Shown piece after piece: positions 11,004 through 24,211 of a DNA stretch of 64,000 nucleotides. The position numbers and the translations under genes are program-made. A model generated the notes under the pieces. That model did not search any database and was not told where the DNA came from. It was given only the letters and a program-made list of their open reading frames with translations. Every line of letters begins with the position of its first letter. The stretch's first letter is position 1. Source of the stretch: Tubulanus polymorphus. Taxonomy: Eukaryota > Animalia > Nemertea. Location: positions 7,968,485 to 8,032,484 of the forward strand of contig NC_134027.1 of the NCBI RefSeq assembly GCF_964204645.1. Direction: 5' to 3'.

Positions 11004-14000
11004 ATGGTGCTAGATTTGGAACTTTTCCGTCCCGATAAAGGCGGAGATCCGGAGAAGATAAAGGAGAATCAGCGTAAAAGATACAGTAACGTTGAACTCG
11101 TTGATAAAGTGATTAACTCTGACGCCGATTGGAGAAAATGTAAGAAAAATTTCATTTCCGGGTTCTGTTAGGAGAAATGAGATACGAAGTGGCTACTCGT
11201 TCGGACCCGTACGAATAATTCCGTAAGCTGTTCGTACGCACCCGTCGGATAACTCTGGAATTATGTGTACGGGAAGGGATAGGGTTAGGGTAAGGTGAGG
11301 TTATATGTAGTTAAAACATTCGACTGACTGTCAGCGAGCTCGGTGGTCTAGTGGTATGATGCTGCGCTCGTAATTTACTGGCCCGGGTTCGAGTCTCGCT
11401 CTATCCGCTATTTTTCTCTAACTCTATTCTCCACACTTTCCTTGAATTTTTTAAGTCGTGCACCTCTGTACGCATGCGCGGCGTTAATCGGCCAATCAGC
11501 GACAGTTATTAGCGTACAGATCCTAGTCCCGTACGAATAGCCTCCGGAGTAATCCGTACGGGTCCGTACGAGTAGCCACAGCGAATAAGATATCGCTCAG
11601 TTTGTTATTTTATTTTATTTTTTTTCATTTTGCAGTACGATTCCAGGCTGATAATTGGAACAAACTGAAGAATGTGTGTAGCAAGGCTTATGGAGAAAAA
11701 ATGAAGGTATTAAGGCCGGCCCACCAAATCAAATCTTGGAAAAAAAGTCAATTGAATCGAATGCTTTACTTCAGTATGTCCTTCGCTTAAAGATTCATTT
11801 CTACATATTATTTTTATCAAAGAGGTTTAAGTAGCTTTTTTAGGTGTACTTTTGAAATTGAACAGTAGAATTTGATTCTGATTTATACAGAAAAAAGAAC
11901 CAATAGGTGATGACGATACTGTACCAGCAGAAATAACCGATAAGTTAGACTCTCTAACTATTGATGATCTGAAAGTGAGTAGTTAGCATTGGTTGCTAAT
12001 GTCGTTCTGCATTTATAATCTGATTTTAAACAATGGTCTCGTCTCCCGATCCTGTTTTCAGGTTTTAAAGCCGTGTCAAATCAAGAAAGTGCGAACGTTG
12101 ATCGATGAGGCTATCATTCGTGGTGATGAAGAGCGATTACGATTAGAAGCCCTCAGGAGAGATGCACTCTCTGAAATCGGCAATATTTTACACCCTTCAG
12201 TGCCTGTCAGCGATGACGAGGTAATTAGCCCGTTCACGATTCTAGAACGGTTCCCGAAGTTTTCAAGGATATGATTTGTGGGTTCAGGGTTTCAGTGCCT
12301 TAATTCAGGGTTTCAGTGCCTTAATTTTCTTAAGTACAGCCTTTCAGGCCCGCACTGTATCCCTTGGAACCTACATCATGTATTTATGAAAAAAAAAATA
12401 ATAATGTCGATTATCAATTATATTGTATGTACGGTTTACGAAAAATAAATATCTATCTATCTCGTTGCTTTTGCCAAGAGGAGGGTGCAGGGCTAGTCAC
12501 CCCCTAAATGTCAAGTTGCCCTGAAAGTCCAAGGGAAAATGAAAAATATTCAACTGATAAAAAAGTTGAAATTCATAGGCTTTTGATTAAATGATATGCC
12601 TATTTTGGAACTACAGCCCTCCCTGAATCAGATCCTGGACCTGTCCTGTTCGACAAGTTAGCAGCAGTAGTATCATTCAGCCAGCATCATTACTGGCGGT
12701 AAAAAACTGTCCCAGGCAGCCTATTCAATTCCTATTCCACAGGTGTCGCTATGGACTGCTATATGAATGTAAAATGCCCTTTAATAATGACAACATTTTC
12801 AGGAAAACAACAAGGTAGAAAGATTATTCGGTGAAACAGATTCCAAAAAGAAATACTCCCATGTAGATCTGATATGTATGATTGACGGAGTGGATTCTGA
12901 GCGAGGATCAGTTACAGCCGGAGGACGAGGGTACTATTTAAAGGTATGGAATTCATGCTAGATTACTCGGCTTGTAACCTTTTATATCCAAGGCTGATTG
13001 ATATTATTATTATCATTAATAGGGTGTCAAATACCACTTCTGTATTTCTTTAAAATTAATGTTCTGTATTAGTAATCATCTCTTTTATTTACTTTTTTTA
13101 GGGTGCTGCAGTGTTTTTAGAACAGGCATTAATCAGTATAGCTCTACAGAGATTATACACTAAAGGATATACTCCTCTATATACACCGTTCTTCATGCGT
13201 AAAGAAATAATGCAAGAAGTCGCCCAGCTGAGTCAATTCGATGAAGAACTGTATAAGGTAGTTCTGCTTCATTTTCTATTCTTAAATTAAACAAACGCTC
13301 CTTGCGTTGAAAAAGAAACCATTGAACTTCATGCAGCAAGAATAACCTTGCATAAAAACATTTCATATGCAGCGTCTATCAGTAATACAATCGGTGCCTT
13401 TTCTTTAAATGTTTAATCTCACCAATACATACTGAATGCTTTAATTCAGGTTATCGGAAAAGGTACTGAAAAAAATGATGATAAGACAGTTGAGGAAAAA
13501 TACCTGATCGCCACATCAGAACAGCCTATCGCGGCGTACCATCGAGCAGAGTGGATTTCAGAGAAAGACTTACCAATAAAGTATGCTGGATTATCAACGT
13601 GTTTCCGCCAAGAGGTCGGCTCTCATGGTCGGGATACGCGTGGAATATTTAGGGTCCATCAATTTGAAAAGGTACAACCATATTTTCAATTTATCCTACT
13701 AGATGCGAATCGCTTATAATTTCTCATTCGGGATCTTTCATTTATTACGTACGCATAGAATTTGAATTTTTCAACCACCCCTCCCCGTCTGTACGCAAAA
13801 TCGTCCATTCATATACATTAAGCATTACAGTACGCAATTTCACTGACCCCTCCCCCTTCCCTAATGCGTACGTAATAAATGAATGATCCCTTCCTCTGTG
13901 TCCTTGAGAAGTTTTTGTTGTTTATCAAATAGAAATTTTGAATCGAAAAATCTTTTATCCAGGTAGAACAGTTTGTATTGACATCACCGGAAGATGGAAA

Positions 14001-14992
14001 GTCTTGGGAAATGATGGATGAAATGATCGAAAATGCCGAATCATTTTGTCAAGCGCTCGGAATCCCTTATAGAATAGTTAACATTGTCTCTGGTAAGCGT
14101 GCGGTCCATTCATGAAGGATTTAGGTGCCCTGCCTCGGTTCTTATTTTGCTTTATATCCATCAGGTGAACTGAATAACGCTGCTGCAAAGAAGCTCGATC
14201 TTGAGGCGTGGTTCCCCGGATCAGGAGCGTTCCGTGAATTAGTGTCCTGTTCAAATTGTACCGATTATCAAGCTCGTAATCTACTAGTGAGATATGGGCA
14301 GACAAAGAAAATGAACCAGCAGGTATGAATTTTGATAAAAAGTGATTGGTATAGCTAGTTTAAGAGAAAATTGATAATCAGTTTTGAATATTGTGGCAAA
14401 CCTATCACCTTGATCCGCAGTTCAGGCGTTACTGACGAGTTTGTAATGTCTGGGTGAATATTTATCGTCCATTTCAGACTGACTATGTGCATATGTTGAA
14501 TGCTACAATGTGCGCCACAACCAGAACTATATGCGCTATATTAGAGAACTATCAAACTGATGATGGTGTCATTGTTCCTGACCTCCTCAAACCTTACATG
14601 CCCGAAGGTGAGTCAACTAAATTATTTAACAGAAAAGATTTGAGACTAGAGAACGTTATCTGCTTTATGAGATATCTGGATTAGAAATTATATTTCACGT
14701 ACATTTACGTATATGGACTTGTCCCAAATAATGTACTGGTTGTACAAAAAAAATAGGTTGGCGACATGAGAATGATCTACTAAACTAATCTTACTAAACA
14801 AATGGTTACATTTCACATGTGACATATTTTTTAGCATTCAAGGAAAAGATTCCATTCGTGAAAGAAGCACCAATCGATAAAGAGGAATCAAAAAAGGCAA
14901 AGAAACAAAAGGATGGTCAGAAAAAACAGCAAAAGACTGACAAAGCGGCTGGAGACATAGCTAATGATGTGAAAAATATTAATCTACAATAA
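11004..14992 (+). CDS. SARS1: Cytoplasmic seryl-tRNA synthetase, 11 exons
   Basis: Exons 11004-11139, 11636-11706, 11891-11974, 12062-12220, 12803-12943, 13102-13257, 13450-13671, 13963-14092, 14165-14322, 14478-14607, 14835-14992. Motifs: [80 protein letters not shown]. Confidence 0.97.
11185..11583. mobile_element. MITE in SARS1 intron 1 with ~55-bp imperfect TIRs, an internal G-run tract and a tRNA-like Pol III cassette
   Basis: gtggctactcgttcggacccgtacgaataattccg (from 11189) is the near reverse complement of cggagtaatccgtacgggtccgtacgagtagccac (to 11579). Internal A-box TGGTCTAGTGG (11344), B-box GGTTCGAGTC (11386) and T5 (11411). Confidence 0.75.
13730..13890. mobile_element. PIF/Harbinger-like MITE in SARS1 intron 7
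   Basis: TIR gggatctttcatttattacgtacgcat / atgcgtacgtaataaatgaatgatccc, flanked by a 3-bp direct repeat TTC. Confidence 0.8.
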
Positions 14993-15650
14993 TGACATTT
15001 ATGATAATGGAGACTAAGTTCAAAATGTGCTCTATCCGACTATCTGTGCTGTATTTATTTTATATGGGCAAATGAGCAAGAATGGAGGAGATCGTTATTC
15101 CAAGTGAAAGAAACAATTATCGCTTCAGTAGAGCATATTTCATTTTGTCTTAAGTATCGTGCATTACATACACACCAGTACTTCATACTTGCTGAATAGC
15201 ATGATATAGGTTTTGATTACATACCTGATAGATCTATAACTAGTGTCCAGTTTGACATGTACCGATTGGGTATAATTGAGGTTTAAGTCTGTGGTTGAAT
15301 ACTGTAAGCCTGAGGTCACCCTCTTGACAGAACTAGTGTCTAGATAATATCGCTGTATGATAGGTCACAAATGCTTGTGAAATAATTCATATGAAAAAAA
15401 AGATCATTTGTCTTTTTGGTCCTTATTCTTTGGTTATGGATACGGTAATTGTTTTATATATGTACTAAGGTGTTCGTGCTTCCAACTTTCCAGCACTGTC
15501 AGAAAGGTTTCAGTTTGAAGAAAAAACTATCTGTGTTATTTATCTACACTATTGTGACTTGCAATGCAATTAAATTCCATAGCTATTTTTTAAGCAATTA
15601 GAAAACCAGAATTTAATTCTGATGAATTTCTTCACACTTCTTGGTGCTAC

Positions 15651-15695
15651 CATGGACCTATAAGACACCTATAACTTCGATTATACACGTCCATG
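15651..15695. mobile_element. Ultra-short CATGGAC...GTCCATG insertion
   Basis: catggacctataa...ttatacacgtccatg with imperfect 7-bp flanks gtgctac/atgcaac. Same termini as 34885-34916. Confidence 0.5.
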
Positions 15696-16490
15696 ATGCA
15701 ACATTACATTTCTGAATAATGTTTAAATTCATTTGTACCCTTTGCCGATTCAGTTGTGATAACCCGTATTGTTTTTAAATCTTTTTGAACAAGGTCAGTA
15801 GTATTTAAATGTACATGTACAATGTACCTATACATGCATGTGAATTTTGATTATGTAGAGCCTTTCTTACTTGCTACCCGTTTCAATTCGGAATACCACA
15901 TTTGAGACAATAAATCTTACTGCAAAAAGAATGGGAAATACAAATAGTTCTTGGTACATACCGATACAGGTCTCGGTGGTTAGAATAATGTTATGTTTGG
16001 GGAACATTTTGTATAGACGCATTAATTAATTCTAATGGGACCTAGTATTATCAATTTACCTCAACATTACAGAATGAATGAGATTCAGCACTTGGATATT
16101 ATTGATACACTCAGCTGAATAAACATTGTTCATACCAGTTCAATATTTAAACACACTTCATTACTGTAACTGTAATAAACCCGAGTTTGTCGGGTGTTCG
16201 TTTTGGTTCCTTACGTAGTGCACATTATTGCAAAAGAAAAACTTTGCTCTTCACGACAAAGCTTCTAGATGATAATAAACAATTGTTTCTTTTCTGTGTG
16301 CTCAAATTCCGTAGTTCTGTTTTTGATATTTTAGTATTTTATCGGTGTCTTGTTGAATCTTGATTGTCTTTTCTCGATTCAAGTCCTTATCGAAACCGCA
16401 ACCCGGTAGTGACGAACAATCCCTGTCGATGTATAAACGCGTTGCGTCCAACGTATATCTCAGTATCCGAGGAATGGCGTGCGCAAATAA

Positions 16491-19400
16491 TTAGCATAAC
16501 CAGTTGATCATTGAATGGTCCGGACACGGCCGCCCTCCGCTTGGCCTCGCATCCAACCGGTTCGGATATCCTGAAAACATCAATGGTGGATACGATTATT
16601 CATTTATCGTACGTTAAAACAGGGTTCATACAGATCGGGGAATTCATGAATTTTTCCCTGCAGGAAATCTGGGCTTTTTCCTTTAAAATCAGTGAATTTC
16701 AGATTCACATAATTTTTTTCCGAATACCATTGTTTTGTATCCACTGCTATAGAGGATGCAGTATGCAGTATATTACCAGTGCACCTGTTATTCACGCCAA
16801 CAATTGTTCTTTGATTATCTACTACTTCAATTACACAGTACAAAGATACAGGTAGGATGATAAAATAAATCAAGATAAGCTCACTGTTGTCCTTTTTAAA
16901 GAAAAGAAACAGTAAGTTAAGTGGTCCAGTATATGAATGAACTGGATTACGACTGTGATGTGAGATTATGATAGAATCTACATCAATTGTTTGATTTTGA
17001 TGAACAGTAATTCCTCACAATACATTTCTTGGCTATTATTCACTCAGCATCATTCTCATAGCATGGAAAAGTAAAATAAATTTCTGGAGATGTCCCCCAG
17101 ACCCCCTGGTGCATGTTCTGATAGCAAAAGGATGTCGCCACAGGTGCGAAAAAAATGGCGAACCATGGCAATATTAATTTTTTCCAACTTTTCTAGGGTA
17201 GACCAGACCCTACTAAATTGTGCAAGCTTTTCATCCTATCTGACCAAATAAAAAAGCATACGTCACTGTTGCAGCGTAGGTACATCCTCGAACTATGTTA
17301 GTTAAAACAATAACATAACGCCCGCATCAATTTAGCTTTTCTTTTTTCCTAGGTACAATCTAGATACAATCTATTATAACAAAAACTCATAGGCCACATA
17401 AATAAATTTTATAAATTCTCATAATTTTTTTTCGGTATCCCTGCCAATGGCCAAGGAAAAAATGGCCAAGGTATTTGCCCAGGAAAATGGCCAAGAAAAA
17501 GATGGCCACGGAAAAAAAGGCCAAGGAAAATTTATGAGAACTGCTGACAATGACAACATTAAGCTTTCAATTTAACGACATCATTTATGGGGCTAAAAAC
17601 AATTAAAATCGGTATAATGAGTTCAGAAATTTGATGAACTAACATGAAATTTCATTACATATATTGAATATATCAAGAACTACCATGAAAGAGAAAATCA
17701 TGCAAGTGGGCAATGGATAAACTTAAAAGTGATAAACTTAAAAACTTAAAACTTAATAAATTAACTAAATTAATATTTCAATGGTAAATGCATTGAAATT
17801 GTGTGGTAATTTAAATAGCAAACTGGTGTAGTGTCTGATAACATCGAAGTGAGATATGCTCATCATAAAATTACCTAAACTAATCCAGGAATAGGTATAA
17901 TAATCTCAAAAAGTGACATGTCAAAACATCAATGCATTTGATTTCTTTTTAGTAAATGAAATGCTGGTTAGTTTTCTATTTAATATTCCTTGGCCTTTTT
18001 TTCCTTGGCCATTTTTTCCGTTCACCATAATAAACCAGTTATTGTCCAGCGTTGATTAGGGAATTTAGAGATTTCGAGGGAAAAATCAGCGAACAATCAG
18101 GAAATTCCGGGCGTTCATATGCGGACGAACCCTGTTAGAATATTGATCCTTGTTGAAGGTTATGATAAGCAAGTTGAAATAAACTAATTTTCTACTTCGA
18201 AGTCTAATTTAACTGGCCAACAATATTACAGAAAATGAAAGTATAATCGACAATTTATAAACAGTAAAAGTAGCGATACACTTTTTGATAAAAAGTAAGA
18301 AAATTAGATTTATAGCGTGGCATTGGTTGTTCCAACTTACCTATTCTTACTCCAAAAGCGAAGCGATCCGGTTCTCCTTTATCTGAAATATCATGAGATT
18401 TCCATTTAGTTAATACTTAGTAAGTTTCGAAATCATACGAGCGATATGGGTCCCTAATGTCTCTATATTGCTTACTTTGGAAATTAGCGATCGTTACTGT
18501 GGCGTAGATACTATTTCCATCTGCAGTCGTGCTTGGGGCACTTTTATTTCCCGAAAATCTTTCCCTCGAATATATCGAAATATCATCTTCTTGGGTTACG
18601 TTAGGTTTGTTGTCATTAGATGGGGGTTTGATGCAATGTGTTGTAACGTCTTTCGAATAATCAGAAATAATTCGGTTGCTGAGCATCTTGACTTCAAAAT
18701 ATCCGTCACCATCTTCATCTTGTAGTTGAGGGGTTGATTTAGTATGGAAGTACCCCGTTGAACTTTCGCTAGGACTGGTGACTTGCATGTGTGGCTCTCC
18801 AGTTCGGGCTGTCGCGTATGAATACTCCACGGGTTTATCATCAAAGATACGACTTTTATTTGCTAAGGGCTGGTCTTTCGGTTGAGGTGGAGGAGGGGGA
18901 GGAGGAGGAGGGAAAGGAGATAGCAAAGCCGTCAGATGATGCGAGATCAATTCACCCGCGGGGCGCTTGTTAAGCTTTTGATTTATCGGTGTAATGCCAG
19001 GCTCACTCAGTTTTCTATCAAAAGTCAGTTTTTTGTTTTGTCTATCCAGGGAATTAGATTGTCCCTTCCTTGCTGCTTCCTCTGCCGATGCACTTCTGTT
19101 GAGAGTGTGGCTCTTCAGTGGAGATGATAACGAATCCTGTTTCTGTTGCCTTTCGAGGGAATTGCTTTGACTTTTCTTTAATGGTGGGGCGGGAGGAGGA
19201 GGTGGGAGGTTTCGCCTCGAGCTAGTGATAACCTTTGGCGGTGGTGGAGGTATCGGGTCGATTGAATTGTTATCGGATCCATGCTGTGGTTGATTGATAG
19301 ATAATGATCGATTCGCATTATCGGCTGCAGCATCACCTGTGTTTCTTGTAAAAACCTTACTCCTTTCGATAAGTTCATCACTAAAACCCGTCACTGGATC

Positions 19401-22400
19401 CGGATATTCCTTTGAATTATTAGCTCTGGGCAGACTACTCCCCAGATTTTTGCTGATAATTTCCCCAAGTGATTTTACGGATCCAACTGTTTCCCTATTC
19501 GAACTGTCGTTACCCTTGCTACCAAAGCTTTTTGGTTTAACGGTTAATGGGGGCAGTGGTCGAAGGTTTTCAACGTCACTTTTCGGCTTCACAGGAAGTG
19601 ATGGCTTTACGCTGTCCTTTACGACGTTCGTTTCTGTATCTTTCAAACTATCATTGCTCGCCCTTTTAGGCTTCGGTTCGGTTTTGTTGTTGACTACGGA
19701 GACATTCTTACATTTGCCTTGTGGAATCGGATCAGAAATCATAAAGCGTTGTTTCTCTGCCGTGGCCCGAATTGCTTCGTGCTCACTTTCATTAGCTTGG
19801 GCGCAGGTTGAAAATATGTTACAACCTGGCGTCGCAGATGGCCTTTTCTTTGAAGTCTTTTCTTCAAAAGCTAGACTTTTTTTCTGCAATGCTGAGATTT
19901 GCGTGTCGTTTGATTCGAATAATTTTGCCGTTCGTAAAACGTCTGGTTTTTCTATGGGGTCTGTAGAATCGCTGAGTCTTGGGGGTTTAGGTGGTGGTGA
20001 TGATGTATCGTTGGAAAATTCAGTTGCTTGTACAAACGGAGTATTTACATACGGGTCTTCTGTAAAGAAAATTGAAATACACCAACCTTGCAACCTTTGG
20101 TAACAAAATTACACACTACTAAATTACTAATGAATATGCCTTTACCGACGCATGAAATTGCAGATTTTAAGTTCTTGACATCGACGTAGGGGTCTTCCTC
20201 ATCTTCAGAAACTTGATCTGCCAAACCGAAGTTCTCCATCAGTTTTAACTCGTTTTTAAACATTACATTAACCGTTCGATGCACAAGAATATACTGCTCC
20301 TGAAAGACGAGAAACATGAAAATAGAAAGATAATCTATCTCGCAGATTTTGTTGTCCAACCATTGGTTTATGATTCTATACTTTACCAGAGTTTGAACCA
20401 TGGCTGGTCTTTGTTCCCGCAACGACCTAACCATGTCGTAAATAGTGAAGTCATCGTCAATCATCTGAAAAATTCATGAAAATCTTTGATCAAAAATAGC
20501 TGAGAGTCATTTGTCCGATTTCTATCGTGATAAAGAGTTGATGATTATAGTTGTGCGATTCCAAAATGTTATCATACGTTGTTATCTAACAAATTCTTGG
20601 CGTAGTCGATTGTTATTATGGTTCCTGTTCTGCCACACCCAGCACTGTAAAAAGATTTTGAAATGTATATATGTAAAATAAAAGACTTGCGTGCAACAAC
20701 CGGTATGAAATATATCGCACTAGGGCTTATCATAGTCCCAGAAAAGCCCGTTTTTGATACGATAACGAACCTGCAATGAACTAAGATTGGAACACCGGGA
20801 ATCCGGAGATTTGATACGTTGGCCAGCATATCTACAAGCGTTACTAGTGAATCCGGTGCCTTCTTATCAGGCCAGCTGATGAAATGGAATTGAATTAATT
20901 CTCTGACTTCGCCGTCTAATTTCATACTCAGTGTCCGCACTGCGTAATGCTGACTAGGCCATTCGGCATTTTTCTGAAATCATAATTGACACCCACTATA
21001 TAACAGCAAAAAGTCATAGAGGTCTGATAGTGCTGATATATCATGGATTCAAGTTCCCTACCAGCGTTATCGTTATGTCAGCAAATACTAACATTTCGTC
21101 ACCCTCGGGCCAATAACGTTCACATTTTTTCTGGAGAGAAAAAGAATTCGCACGATTTTCATCGAATTCGGTATTCAATGAAATATTGGTATCAACAAAA
21201 TGGAAACCGCATTCAATTCTCTTTTTACCATTGATTCGTTACATATACTCCATTTATGTGTGTAATTTCCTTATTGTATTGTTTTCGTACAATCAAATCG
21301 TGCACTGATTTCAGTATGAACGATTGAGCTATCATATCAATTCACAGTTTAAAGCAAAATCATGAGACTCTGGCGACTACAGATATCTATTTCTCATTTG
21401 TACCTTAACTTTTCCATCTACGATCTCCTCTTCTTTTCCAGCCATGATCAGGATGTTGACTTTATACTGCCAGATCATACGCCAGAAATCACCAATAGTA
21501 TTAGGTAGAGGCCCCTGTGCTGCTATGTACCCCATATTGCTAGACATACCCTGTCAAATATACATAAGAAAATATCAAAGCTCTATAATAACGCTTAGAT
21601 GATAAAACGTAGGCCCAAATTGCGATGGGTATAGAATTATATGTACCTTGATACAACTGGCGTTGATGTAATCTGTATTCGGTTGGTTTTTGTACGGTTT
21701 TAAAATGACTCTAGTGTTATCAACTGTAAAAGATTGGATTACAATATTTTCGATGATATTCCGGTCACCAATGCAAGATAAACCGATACAAAATCAATGC
21801 TCACAAGGAATGATATCCCTGAATCTGTTCTTGTACTGGTTTTCTTCTAGTTTGCCGCATCTACACGGAAAATTACGTTCGTCTTGTCGAAGTTCAGCGC
21901 TGAATAACTTCAATTCCTAGAATGTAGTTTCATTCGAAACATTATTTACACATGATCGGCAAATATATACGCGTATATATATATTTATATTCAATCAAAA
22001 ATACACGAAGACTCTTTATGTATTTTTGATATAATGATTTCTAACCATAATATCATATCGGGGTAGGGAATCAATCGAAAGAGGAAGTTTTCCTTTGCAA
22101 ATACTGGGACTCAACGACATAAGTTATTTCTAAACATATGCATAGCTGTATACATATAGAGAAATAGAATATGTAGTTATATCTAACATAGAGAAATAGA
22201 TATCATTTTCCATAATTGTATACGACGGATAATATGCGGCGTGGTTCACACACTACTTACAGGCTACAAATCGAGGAATGACTTCATATTCTAATACCAA
22301 ACAACCCGACAACCTGATTTTGATTATTTCTTACTTATGCCAATTTTTGAATGATGCGTACCCTGTAGTCGCAGATATATCCCCGACAATCTTCGGCTTC

Positions 22401-22454
22401 CAAATCTCCGACATATTCCACGAACAACTCTAGATTCGTCTTCATTGACTCCAT
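16491..22454 (-). CDS. Non-receptor tyrosine phosphatase of the PTP-PEST group (PTPN12/18/22-like), 12 exons
   Basis: Exons 22454-22362, 21916-21805, 21723-21647, 21550-21404, 21130-21062, 20973-20771, 20644-20578, 20464-20387, 20299-20146, 20059-18476, 18382-18341, 16570-16491. N-terminal PTP domain (KNRFRDIIPFDNTRV, DYINAS, YIAAQGPL, DFWRMIW, KCERYWP, WPD, VHCSAGCGRTG, MVQTLEQY), long Pro-rich exon, and a C-terminal GYPNRLDARPSGGRPCP resembling the CTH motif. The last two exons are less certain. Confidence 0.9.
17433..18027. mobile_element. Foldback/MITE-like element in the last PTP intron with tandem subterminal GGCCAAGGAAAAAA motifs
   Basis: Left arm cggtatcc...(ggccaaggaaaaaat)n at 17433-17530. 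Right arm ccttggccttttttccttggccattttttccgttcacc at 17988-18026 is its inverse. Confidence 0.65.
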
Positions 22455-24211
22455 GTCATAATCACGGTTTGAATATGCACGAGACTTCGGTCGATACAGC
22501 TATTTCCGAAACCAGGAAGATCTCGGTAATATGTAAAACATATATATCATTAAAATAATTGTCCATATAGCCGGGAAATGCATATCTATTTATATTGTGT
22601 CACGTCTATTCCCTGTGCGCGCACTATTTTACAATGTTACTACTGAGTTTACTATAGTTATCTTATACCATTTATATGAAGAATCCTATGATGAATTGCG
22701 AAAAATTTCCTTCGAGCTAATGATCTTTCTCGTTTTATTGGTGTGGGATTCTCTATATATATAAATCGTTACAACACTAAATAATGTTTCACCGATATCT
22801 ATCTTATACCATTATACAAATGGATTAATCATTATAGAAGTTATCAGATTAGAATTAATGAAAATTTGGCGCGAGAACGCTATAAAATTCAAAGGATGGA
22901 ATTTTACGGGTATCAAATCTATGATCACTTGTCCTAAGTGAAACCTTTTGTGCGGCCATAAATGCAGAAATATCAATATGCGTGCGGCAATAAGCGAGTA
23001 CCAAACGCGCGCGTCGTGACATCGCGCTGAAACTCGGACAATATGTCTTCATTTCCGGTGGGATGCGAGTGATTACTAAACGATCAGGTCAGATCGGCAA
23101 TAAAATGTCGATGTCATAATTAGCTCCAAACGAAATCAGTAATAAATTGACTTGTAAAGCACGTGTAAATGTGTTCAATAGCATTGAAATTCAAGATGTA
23201 TAATATGTTTGATATCAGCATCTAATGGTTAACTAGAGAGTTTAAAATACGTAAGTTGAATGTCAATCTCCGGGAATAACGATTACAATTTTAAGACGTT
23301 CCTCACTTCTCGAAAAGGAAAGGTTTTAACTCATTGTATCGAAATGATCGATGATATCGGCGATGTCAATAGCGCGCAACGTTTTCGATTTTAAATTAGC
23401 AAACGGTTTGTCATGGTTGTCGTCTATATTGTGAATGCTATGATTAAAGATGACATGTTTCTCCTAGACTTCTGCTTATATATTTTCATCGAAAGGATGG
23501 GTTTTTAGGTGTTCTTATTTGACGAAGTGATTCTAAACTACACTAAATTATGTCTCCATCGAGTGACTAAACGCTAAACGCTAAATTGCGTGTTGTATTT
23601 TGCCTGTCTTGGTTTTGTTTGTACCCTGATTAGTAGCTTTAAGGTCTGCGCAGTGACGAGGGTAATTACGAGCCGTCCTATCAATCAGTACCGGTTTTAA
23701 TTGAATCGTTCCCCCCAACTTGACAGGCAGGTGCTGCGCGAGATTACCCCAACGACGAAATACTGCTACATATCAATAAACGCTCGTCAAAAATTTATGA
23801 AGATTTGGTACAGATAATAGGCCGTAGGAAATGCGCCTATTTCCTGCCGTGAAGAAGATGATCCGGCCCGGTGATTGGTTCCAACGGGCGTTACGTCACG
23901 TGTCGAGTGGGCAGGTGTCTTTCGGGTTGGGTGATGGTACTTCATAACTTGTCACAGGGAATAACTAAGTTGCGGACTGCAAGTGGTTTCAGCATGTAAG
24001 TAATACCGTCTTTATAGATTTGTGTTCTAGCGATGAAGTAGAATAGCGTCTTGAATTGAAAAACAAAAATACTCAAACAAAATGTACGCAGTTGTGCAAC
24101 TATTTTCACTAAAACAACAAAAACTGCGTTTAAAAGGAGTTTTGCAGGAAATGTGAATAAGCTTTCATTTTTCTTTCAGATTTCAGAACGGAAATTCCGC
24201 ATAAAATCCAG

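Noticed and set aside
11333-11410. Functional tRNA gene in SARS1 intron 1
   Set aside because: A and B boxes are present, but no canonical anticodon or acceptor arms; treated as a tRNA-derived cassette.
19294-20103. 269-aa plus-strand ORF
   Set aside because: Antisense shadow of the long PTP exon; no independent motifs.
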